Shown here: positions 23,742 through 31,272 of the stretch, one piece after another
Layout: every line of letters begins with the position of its first letter
Numbering within the stretch: the stretch's first letter is position 1
Source: Candidatus Aminicenantes bacterium
Lineage (GTDB): Bacteria > Acidobacteriota > Aminicenantia > UBA2199
Direction: 5' to 3'
NCBI GenBank assembly: GCA_023137075.1
Contig: JAGLQA010000095.1
Location: forward strand, 1-32,779
DNA length: 32,779 nt
The notes under the pieces: generated by a model
Told to the model about the DNA's origin: nothing
What the model saw: the letters and a program-made list of their open reading frames with translations, nothing else
The model's database searches: none
Made by a program: the position numbers and the translations under genes

Positions 23742-25577
23742 GTGCCGTTTAAGAAAAAGATAAATAAAGAGAAGAAAGAAGAAACCAAAGAGAAAGAAGC
23801 GGTTACGAAAGAATTTAAGCCCAAATACAATAAGCCGAAAATTCTATTAATCGATTTACCTGAGAAGGCCCTTCAAAATGTTCGGTCTGCCGGATTTAAC
23901 ACTCATTCGGGTACGTTTGGTTCACCCTATAAAGTAGAACTAAGCAGCGGATACAAACCTTTAATTGCTGAACCTTCTCTGCCAAACTTTACTGAACAAG
24001 AAATCATCATAATCGACCTTAAACCACCTGAAACACTCAACGAACCGGAAGGGAAAAAAGATGTTCCCCTTGGAGTAGAAAATTGGTGGGTAAAATGCGA
24101 TATTGGTGTGATTGATCCAAGACCAAAATTTATGTTATATGTTCAAAAGCATTTCGACCGTATTTTGGAACATGGTGGATTATTTGTCATTTTTGCTAAA
24201 TCACGTTTAAATCAAGACATAGTATGGGGCAAAAGTGAATATGGTAGACTATCGGTTAACAAAAAACTGAAATACGATAACTGGTCATTTCTTTCGATTC
24301 TTAATCCAGAAAACATTAAGGTCAAAGAAGATTTTGGCGAAGAGATTAGCTTACCAGATTATAGTAATGATCATCCACTTTTTCAGTTTCTTAAACAGGA
24401 AATAAAAAATTGTGAATATGATGCCATTTTTAGGTCATTCCGAGAATCAGATTTCATGTGGCTTCCTATTTTAGAAAGCAAATACGGAGATGATGTTGCC
24501 GGAGTAATTATTCCGAAAGATTCAGAAGGTAATCACCTGAAGGAACGCATTATAATTTTGCCTCAAACAGAAAATAAATCTGAGGTAATACCCACTTTAT
24601 TGAAGGAGGTTCTTCCTGAAATATCTCCCCATCTTTTCCCTCATGTAGAAGGGGCTCGATGGGTGGAAAGAGATGAGTATGAACTTGAGTCAGTGCTCAA
24701 TCTTAAAGGACAAAAAGTAGAAGCACGGAAAAGAGTAGAAAAAGAGATCAAAGAGCTCGACATTAAAATAGCCGAAGAAAGGGGGAAGTTTGGATTTCTC
24801 CATAGGATTATTACCGGATGGAGTGATGAGCTTGTCAGGGATGTTAAAACCTGTCTTGAATTTATCGGATTCGAGCAAGTTCGAGATGTCGATGAGGAAA
24901 TCAAAAATAAAGCTAAAAAAGTGCCAAAACAAGAAGACCTTCAAATTCTTGATGATTCTCCTGCATTATTAATCGAAATAAAGGGATTATCAGGTCTCCC
25001 AAAAGAGATAGAAACTAATCAAGTTGAAAAATATATATCCAGGAGAATGAAAGAGTGGGATAGAACCGATATTCGTGGAGTATCGATAATAAACCATCTG
25101 CGTAACGTTCACGGACTTGAAAGAGAGAATGAAAATGTATTCTCCAAACAGCAGAAAGAAGACGCAGAAGATCGTGATATTACCATTTTAACTACCTGGG
25201 ATTTATTCCTACTAATTAGAGGGATGATCAAATGGAAATGGAACCCGAAAGCCATCCGAGAACTCTTTTATCAAAAAGGCAGAATGCCCAGGGTACCCGC
25301 ACATTATAAACCTATCGGAAGTATAACACATTACTGGGAAAAGCTGGGAGTAATTGAAATAAAAATTTCAAATGATAATATCAATAAAGGTCAACGCATT
25401 GGATATTTCATCAATAGCGTTTATTTAGAGGAAGAGATTCAATCCATGCAGGTTGATCAGCAGGGTGTTGAAGTGGCAACGCAAGGGCAATCGGTTACGA
25501 TTAAAACGAGATACAGTAAAAAAGAATTACCTAAGAAAGCAACCGTATACAAAGTTTTAAATGATTCTGGCTCATAA
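23742..25577 (+). CDS. Orphan 611-aa multidomain protein. Domains are a K/E-rich tail, an unknown alpha/beta-like N-domain, a coiled coil, a PD-(D/E)xK nuclease-like core and an EF-Tu-domain-2-like beta-barrel.
   Basis: Long uninterrupted ORF with a GTG start (GGGAAAG upstream), 38 nt after the PIN-like gene. Nuclease-like motif QED399LQI...LLIE412IK414G. The C-terminus PIGSITHYWEKLGVIEIKISNDNINKGQRIGYFINSVYLEEEIQSMQVDQQGVEVATQGQSVTIKT...TVYKV matches the small translation-elongation-factor-like barrel proteins. Confidence 0.7.
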   Translation: MPFKKKINKEKKEETKEKEAVTKEFKPKYNKPKILLIDLPEKALQNVRSAGFNTHSGTFGSPYKVELSSGYKPLIAEPSLPNFTEQEIIIIDLKPPETLNEPEGKKDVPLGVENWWVKCDIGVIDPRPKFMLYVQKHFDRILEHGGLFVIFAKSRLNQDIVWGKSEYGRLSVNKKLKYDNWSFLSILNPENIKVKEDFGEEISLPDYSNDHPLFQFLKQEIKNCEYDAIFRSFRESDFMWLPILESKYGDDVAGVIIPKDSEGNHLKERIIILPQTENKSEVIPTLLKEVLPEISPHLFPHVEGARWVERDEYELESVLNLKGQKVEARKRVEKEIKELDIKIAEERGKFGFLHRIITGWSDELVRDVKTCLEFIGFEQVRDVDEEIKNKAKKVPKQEDLQILDDSPALLIEIKGLSGLPKEIETNQVEKYISRRMKEWDRTDIRGVSIINHLRNVHGLERENENVFSKQQKEDAEDRDITILTTWDLFLLIRGMIKWKWNPKAIRELFYQKGRMPRVPAHYKPIGSITHYWEKLGVIEIKISNDNINKGQRIGYFINSVYLEEEIQSMQVDQQGVEVATQGQSVTIKTRYSKKELPKKATVYKVLNDSGS

Positions 25578-25622
25578 GTCATAATATTCTGGGTAAATTT
25601 TCTTTAACAGCAGTTATTGAAA

Positions 25623-25850
25623 GTGATGAGTAGTGGGGTTTCATCACGCTTCGCATGACTATTTACCTTCGGTGAGCCCACCACGTGGACAGGGGACGAG
25701 GCCGGGGCTAAACTAAAAAAAATATCGAGTGACGAATAGCGGACACCAAATGTTGTAGGGATATTCAATAATTCCTTATTGCTTGGGTATCCCTTATCGG
25801 TTCCCCGCGCTGCGGGGTTGAAAAAGTTTGATCAAAACTTTTATTTTTCC
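25623..25850 (+). other. Hairpin-rich non-coding segment (possible structured RNA or decayed sequence)
   Basis: GTGATGA/TCATCAC (25623-25647). Palindrome CCACGTGG (25681-25688). AGGGATA/TATCCCT (25757-25794). CCCCGC-gct-GCGGGG (25803-25817). AAAAGTTT/AAACTTTT followed by ATTTTT (25822-25848). No ORF. Confidence 0.3.
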
Positions 25851-25903
25851 TTCATTTTAAGTGTGACGCTACATTTGCGATGTGGGAATTTATCTTTAGG
25901 CAC

Positions 25904-25931
25904 TTGACCCGGGACGTCAACATGGTACAAT
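25904..25931 (+). promoter_or_regulatory. Putative promoter of the methyltransferase gene
   Basis: TTGACC (25904-25909), 16-nt spacer, TACAAT (25926-25931). The ATG at 25944 lies only 12 nt past the -10 element and has no SD. Confidence 0.45.
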
Positions 25932-25943
25932 GATGCCGGTACC

Positions 25944-26708
25944 ATGAGCCCTTTCAACCAGGAAAAAATTCTTTATCAAAAAAAGAGCCGCTATAACGAT
26001 ATCACCGTAACACAAAAAGGGTCCTATGTCACCCTGTACAGCCCGGAAGATATCATCCAGTCGGAAATAAATATCAAACAACCGCTAAAACCCCACCTCG
26101 AATTTAACCGTTACCTGCTCTTCAGCCTCGTTTTTTGCCCGAAACCTTCCGCCATACTGGTTTTGGGTCTCGGCGGCGGCGTGGTGCCTCGGGTATTGAG
26201 TGCGATTTGCCCGGAAGCAATTGTGGATGTGGTGGAAATCGACGCGGAAATGTTAAAGGCAGCGGAGAACTATTTCGGTTTTACCACGTCTTCCCGGCTA
26301 CGCGTGCACCTTGAAGACGCCCGCGCCTTTATTCGCCGCACCCGGAAGGAATACGACCTGATCATCGTAGATACCTACTGTGGCCTCAACCTGCCCCAAT
26401 CCATCGATAATCCCTCATTTTTCAAGGATTGCGGCAACCTGTTGTCAGAAGGGGGCATCCTATCGGTTAACCTGATTCCTTTCGACAAACTTTTCATGGA
26501 GAAACGGTTGGACTGGATCAAACAGGCTCTCACCAATATCTGCCTGATGCGCGGCGTCACCCGGCTCAATGAAGTGGTTTATGCGGGAAGAAGGCCGGTG
26601 GAGAAATCGAACCTTTTACAAAACGCGACTTTTTTAAAAAAAAGACTCCCATCTAATTTAAAAACCAGGCAATTGTGCAAACACTTAGAATGCCGTAGTG
26701 GCGGGTAA
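25944..26708 (+). CDS. Spermidine-synthase-like SAM-dependent methyltransferase-fold protein
   Basis: ILVLGLGGGVVPRVL (SAM motif I), VDVVEIDAEMLKAAENYFGF and YDLIIVD are arranged as in spermine/spermidine synthase family proteins. Confidence 0.7.
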   Translation: MSPFNQEKILYQKKSRYNDITVTQKGSYVTLYSPEDIIQSEINIKQPLKPHLEFNRYLLFSLVFCPKPSAILVLGLGGGVVPRVLSAICPEAIVDVVEIDAEMLKAAENYFGFTTSSRLRVHLEDARAFIRRTRKEYDLIIVDTYCGLNLPQSIDNPSFFKDCGNLLSEGGILSVNLIPFDKLFMEKRLDWIKQALTNICLMRGVTRLNEVVYAGRRPVEKSNLLQNATFLKKRLPSNLKTRQLCKHLECRSGG

Positions 26709-26888
26709 TAGTTAAGTTGGCATATAATATCAGAATCGCAGGCGTGTCGGCTTTCCCCTGAACGGCTTGCGAACTCGGAGCAAGAATGTCTTGCGCAGGG
26801 TGAGACGCTCCCCAAAATGAGCACATTTTTGGGTAAAGTGAAGGGGATGACGACTACAGCCTGCGGAACAAAGCAGGCTGCTTAACTA
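26709..26888. other. Intergenic segment bracketed by an 8-nt inverted repeat, with three internal hairpins
   Basis: TAGTTAAG (26709-26716) pairs with CTTAACTA (26881-26888). Internal stems are GCAAG/CTTGC (26780-26794), CCCAAAA/TTTTGGG (26811-26833) and CAGCCTGC/GCAGGCTG (26857-26880). Confidence 0.3.
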
Positions 26889-26921
26889 TGACATGGCGGT
26901 TGATTGCTCCATTTTTTTTTG

Positions 26922-29318
26922 TTATCGCTGCAGCTCGAGAAGCATCTCCTCGAAGGGTACCGGGTAGGCTGTCAACCAGACCACCGGTTGAAGCTTCGTT
27001 TTCTTTTTCTTATAAGCCATCACATAGACTTCGATATTCTTTCCGATCATATCTTTTGTGACCGGCGCGTAATATGTATAATTTTTATCACGCCGGACTG
27101 TTACATATTCCCAGGTATTGGCAGGATAAGATGGCGCCCGGTCCGGGCAGCCGACCGGTTTGCCGGCGACTTTCAACGCGGCATAGGCGCTTTCGATACC
27201 GTGTTCGCCCTCTAAGGCGATACATATATAACTACCTTTAACCCACTCGTCGATATAGAACCGGGCCTGCCAGGCTTTTACCGGTGTCATCCTCCGCGGA
27301 TGAGCGAACAAATTGGATGCCCGCCACTTTTTCGGGGAAAGTAATTTGCCGTTGAAAAACCCTTCGATCTCCGTAATGCGATCCGGAAAAGCCCGGAAAC
27401 GCAGGTAGCGCACCGGCCCGGGCAATTCGATGACCATACGTTTACCGGCCAGGTAGGTCAGCCGCTTCCAGGATTTCAGGTCGGTGGACACCTCCACATG
27501 ATTCCCCTCATCTTTGAGCAGCGGATGCAGGGAATATTCATCGGGCACATGCAGGACGATGCGTTCTACATCCAGCACCTCACCAAAATCAAGCCGGAGG
27601 CAGCCGTTCTTCACTCGCCGGTCAATCAGGTATTTCCGGGACGGCCAGAAACCGGTGCGCATGTCGCCGTCGAAGAGGTTGCGGTCCCGGACTCCCCGGT
27701 TCACAAAGGTGGGCTGGTTGAAGAAGGCGTCTCGCGCTGCCTGGACGCTGGGAATCCGCGTCGGCCCCGAACGAAATAGGCTGCGTACTTCCAGGGCATT
27801 ATTGTCGGCGGCAAAAACCGTGGCTTCGTACAATGCTTCGGCATCCTCCGGCACCTTACATTCGCTCATATCGGCCGGTTTCCTATGCCAGTGGTTTTTT
27901 AATTTTTCCCCGGGAAATGTTATTTCCAGGGATTTTCCCTTTAATAATTCGCCCACATTCTCCCCGGAAAGGTATGCCTGGGAAAAAAACCTGCCCTCTG
28001 CCCTGAGCTTAATCGAGCTTTTCTGACCGGGGTAACCCAATAATTCGATTTTGAGGAGATCACCCGGTGTATCGCGAATCACCCGGTAGTCGCAGCCCTC
28101 GATACCGGCTTCCTCGCAGGGCTCGACCGAGGCTAAAAGCAAACAGGCCCGGAAGGGCATTACCGTAACCGGCACTTTTGTCCCCGGCGCGAATCTGCCG
28201 ATGATTTTTTCGGTTGGATGAAATTGCCGCAATTCGATAGGGCGGTTCACGAAGAGGCCGATTTTTTTACCCAGGTTGATTTTATACTGCACCGGCTGCC
28301 AGGTCAGGTTTCGCAGGGTAATCAACCGGGTTTTTTCACTGCCCCGGGATACGGCATAGGGGCCGTAGTGCCGCTTCGGCAGCGGCATGCCTTTGACCAG
28401 GATATCTCGATAACGGCGGTGCAGGTTGTAAATCCGGGCCAGTTTGGGAAATTCCTCATCCCGAAGCAGCCAGGGATTGCCGTAAATCTGGGGGGCCAGG
28501 ATGAGGCAGCGGTTAAAGGCCTGCAGTATAAGATCATCCTCCCAAAAGTCTAAGCAGGAAGAGAGGCACACACCATGATCTTCGGTGAGTCGTTTCAACC
28601 CCGGCACCAAACCGCGGGAAATGGCGTCGGCCCGGTGGTGAGGAGCGGTAACGGTGTTGCTGGAGAAGACATCGATGTAGGTTTCTTTTCCCTCCCAGAG
28701 GAAGGTAGTGGCATAAGCCCGGGCTCGCTCCAGCCCGAGGCGGTGGTTGAGCAGGATCAAATCCGGGCTGTACTTGCGGCATAGAGTCATCATGCGGATG
28801 AAAGCATCTTCTTTTTCCGGTCGCAGTGGGCCGCACACGGCATCGAATTTAAACAGGGCGAAGTCAAAATCCCGGCACAGGCTCACCATCTGGGCAATGC
28901 GCGCTTGCTCTTCTTCCGGCGTATCGCCGAAGCCATCCGGCCCTCCCCAGATACCGAGCCGCGTCCCCATGCACCCGGCCTCCCGGTAAACCGGGGTGAA
29001 ATCATCAGGAAATTGTTCGCGGAAACGCTGCGAATCCCTTCGGCCGTAGAACCGTTTGCCGTCGATGGCGCCGGCGTCAAAGGCGTAAATATCCAGCACC
29101 ATTCCGTACTCAGTGTGCAGCCATTTGAAGAATTCCAGGTTGATCAGGGCCTGTTTTTCGGTGGCGCCTTCGTTGGTGTTGTTGATCCAGGAAAAATATT
29201 GCGATCGGGAGGGCGTGTTTTCGTCAGCGCCGGGAAAAACAGGCGGCTTCTCCCCATCAACAAAGCCTGGTATCGCGAATAAAAACATAAAAATAGTAAT
29301 TAAAAAAAAAATTTTCAT
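26922..29318 (-). CDS. Secreted 798-aa protein, possible glycoside-hydrolase-like TIM barrel with a C-terminal discoidin (F5/8 type C)-like domain
   Basis: Signal peptide MKIFFLITIFMFLFAIPGFVDG. An N-terminal region with alternating beta/alpha character and FKFDAV. LRLDFGEVLDVERIVLHV...VEVSTDLKSWKRL looks discoidin-like. The family was not recognised with certainty. Confidence 0.45.
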   Translation of the reverse strand: MKIFFLITIFMFLFAIPGFVDGEKPPVFPGADENTPSRSQYFSWINNTNEGATEKQALINLEFFKWLHTEYGMVLDIYAFDAGAIDGKRFYGRRDSQRFREQFPDDFTPVYREAGCMGTRLGIWGGPDGFGDTPEEEQARIAQMVSLCRDFDFALFKFDAVCGPLRPEKEDAFIRMMTLCRKYSPDLILLNHRLGLERARAYATTFLWEGKETYIDVFSSNTVTAPHHRADAISRGLVPGLKRLTEDHGVCLSSCLDFWEDDLILQAFNRCLILAPQIYGNPWLLRDEEFPKLARIYNLHRRYRDILVKGMPLPKRHYGPYAVSRGSEKTRLITLRNLTWQPVQYKINLGKKIGLFVNRPIELRQFHPTEKIIGRFAPGTKVPVTVMPFRACLLLASVEPCEEAGIEGCDYRVIRDTPGDLLKIELLGYPGQKSSIKLRAEGRFFSQAYLSGENVGELLKGKSLEITFPGEKLKNHWHRKPADMSECKVPEDAEALYEATVFAADNNALEVRSLFRSGPTRIPSVQAARDAFFNQPTFVNRGVRDRNLFDGDMRTGFWPSRKYLIDRRVKNGCLRLDFGEVLDVERIVLHVPDEYSLHPLLKDEGNHVEVSTDLKSWKRLTYLAGKRMVIELPGPVRYLRFRAFPDRITEIEGFFNGKLLSPKKWRASNLFAHPRRMTPVKAWQARFYIDEWVKGSYICIALEGEHGIESAYAALKVAGKPVGCPDRAPSYPANTWEYVTVRRDKNYTYYAPVTKDMIGKNIEVYVMAYKKKKTKLQPVVWLTAYPVPFEEMLLELQR

Positions 29319-29433
29319 CGTCAGGTTACCTGCCGGAAGGAAATCATATCAAAATGAATTATCATTTGCAATACCGGATCATTTGTAAAAATTAATAAAA
29401 TTAACAGAAAACTGGAAAGCATATGGCAAATTC

Positions 29434-29442
29434 TGGTATAAT
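29434..29442 (+). promoter_or_regulatory. Extended -10 element (TGgTATAAT) upstream of the PilZ gene
   Basis: Exact TGnTATAAT ending 14 nt before the ATG at 29457. No SD in between. Confidence 0.4.
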
Positions 29443-29456
29443 CTATATTTCTAAAA

Positions 29457-30398
29457 ATGGAAAAAGAAAGAAGAAAGCATAAACGAATAAATAAGACGAT
29501 GGCTGTTCAAATCGAGGACAGCTACGGCATCGTAATCGATTTATCACAAGGAGGCCTGCGAATAATTCCCGATGCCTTGCCAAAAAAAATCGAAGATATC
29601 CGAATAAGCTTTATTACCGAGGACGGAGAACCAATCGAATTACGGGGAGCGGTTGTCAGAATAGTCGACAGGAAGAAAAAAGAGGGTAAGTATGAGTTGG
29701 GTTTAGCGATTCCGAAAAGTCCGGAAAATTATCGCAAATATATAGAAGCACTGGAAAAAGATGAGAGTCCCAGCGGCATATTCCAGGAAAATGTACGCCA
29801 GGACCTGGTTGAGGCAGTTCTTAAAGGGAAAGAAGAAAACCTTTCTATTCCGAAAAGCGAAGCGCCGCCCCCTCCCCCGGCTCCATATGAAGCCGTTGAA
29901 GAGAATAACCTGAACATTCCAATTGAAGAATTATTACAGGAGGAGCCGGAAGCGGATTTCCCGGAAACACCTGGTCCCGCCCCACAAGAGCATACTCCTG
30001 ATGAAACAATCGTGATGCCGGCCAACAGGCTGCCCTATCAAGTACCTCAGACCGCGGACACAGGCACGTCTTCATCCGGTAAAAAAAAGGCGGCCCCGCA
30101 AAGAGTAGAAATTTCCTTTGAAGAATTTTTACAAAAAAACCCACAATTCAATAAACCGGCGGGGCCTTCTTCTCCGGCACAGGTTCCACCAACTGAAGAT
30201 GAAGAGTCTCTTGACAGGGTTTTTAAGGAATCACCGCAGCCGGGTCCTTCTCTTACCAAACCTGAACAAGAAATCGATCCATCTCTTAACGGAATATTCA
30301 AGGAAAACACACAACCACATCCAATCCCGAAAACCGACAAAGAACAGGAGGAAGATATGTCACTTGATAAAATATTCAAAGAACAGGACAAAAGCTGA
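29457..30398 (+). CDS. PilZ-domain protein with a long Pro/Glu-rich disordered tail
   Basis: RRKHKR (RRxxxR) and DLSQGG (DxSxxG) c-di-GMP-binding motifs at the N-terminus. The C-terminal roughly 200 aa are low-complexity and carry SL(D/N)xxFKE three times. Confidence 0.7.
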   Translation: MEKERRKHKRINKTMAVQIEDSYGIVIDLSQGGLRIIPDALPKKIEDIRISFITEDGEPIELRGAVVRIVDRKKKEGKYELGLAIPKSPENYRKYIEALEKDESPSGIFQENVRQDLVEAVLKGKEENLSIPKSEAPPPPPAPYEAVEENNLNIPIEELLQEEPEADFPETPGPAPQEHTPDETIVMPANRLPYQVPQTADTGTSSSGKKKAAPQRVEISFEEFLQKNPQFNKPAGPSSPAQVPPTEDEESLDRVFKESPQPGPSLTKPEQEIDPSLNGIFKENTQPHPIPKTDKEQEEDMSLDKIFKEQDKS

Positions 30399-30408
30399 AA
30401 CGTGGAAT

Positions 30409-31272
30409 ATGGATTTCAAAGATAAATTAATGCTGCAAATCATAGAGCTGGCTCTATCTGAAGATAAAATCTCGGCAGACATTACTACGAATTCACTGAT
30501 CGAATATGACAACCAGGTAAGTGCTTATGCAGCGGCAAAGGAAGCAGGCGTCATTTCGGGTATACCGGTGTTTATCGAGACCTTCAAAAAAGTTGATCCG
30601 GCCACCCAAATTCAAATTCTTAAAAATGATGGAGATGAAGTAAAAAAAGGAGATATCGTCCTTGAAATCCTGGGCAAAGAAAGCTCGATTTTAAAAGCCG
30701 AACGAACGGCCTTGAATTTTTTACAGAGGTTGAGCGGCATATCAACCCTGACCAAAAAGTATGTGGACAAATTAAAACCTTACAATATCACTTTATTGGA
30801 TACCCGAAAAACCACACCGGGCATGAGATATTTAGAGAAAAAAGCAGTCCGGGACGGCGGTGGTTCCAATCACCGGTTAAACCTGGAAGAAATGGCCATG
30901 GTAAAAGATAACCATATCCGAATGGCAGGAACCATTTCAAAGGCCGTTAAAAAGATAAGGGAAAAATTTCCGCAAAAAAAACTCGAAGTGGAAGTAAAAG
31001 ATCTATCCGAATTGAACGAAGCCCTGTCTCTCCAGGTTGATCTTATCATGCTGGACAATTTCGATCCCGGCTTATTGAAAGAGGCGGTAAAGATAAAAAA
31101 AAAGTCCCCCGGTCACGTTAAATTTGAAATATCGGGAAATGTAACCTTAGAAAATATCGAAGAAAAAGCTATTCCGGGAATCGATTTCATATCGGTCGGC
31201 GCATTAACCCATTCCGTTAAATCCCTGGATTTAAGTTTAGAAATAAGAGGAGAAAATGAAAGAATTTTATGA
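30409..31272 (+). CDS. nadC: Nicotinate-nucleotide pyrophosphorylase (carboxylating)
   Basis: LDTRKTTPGMRYLEKKAVRDGGGSNHRLNL and the C-terminus ISVGALTHS. Start moved to the ATG at 30409 (MDFKDKL). The track's longer ORF overlaps the PilZ gene in another frame. Confidence 0.9.
   Translation: MDFKDKLMLQIIELALSEDKISADITTNSLIEYDNQVSAYAAAKEAGVISGIPVFIETFKKVDPATQIQILKNDGDEVKKGDIVLEILGKESSILKAERTALNFLQRLSGISTLTKKYVDKLKPYNITLLDTRKTTPGMRYLEKKAVRDGGGSNHRLNLEEMAMVKDNHIRMAGTISKAVKKIREKFPQKKLEVEVKDLSELNEALSLQVDLIMLDNFDPGLLKEAVKIKKKSPGHVKFEISGNVTLENIEEKAIPGIDFISVGALTHSVKSLDLSLEIRGENERIL

Noticed and set aside
30118-30408. Long N-terminal extension of nadC (384-aa track ORF)
   Set aside because: It overlaps the 3' part of the PilZ gene in another frame and is basic and low-complexity. 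NadC homology begins at MDFKDKL (ATG at 30409).
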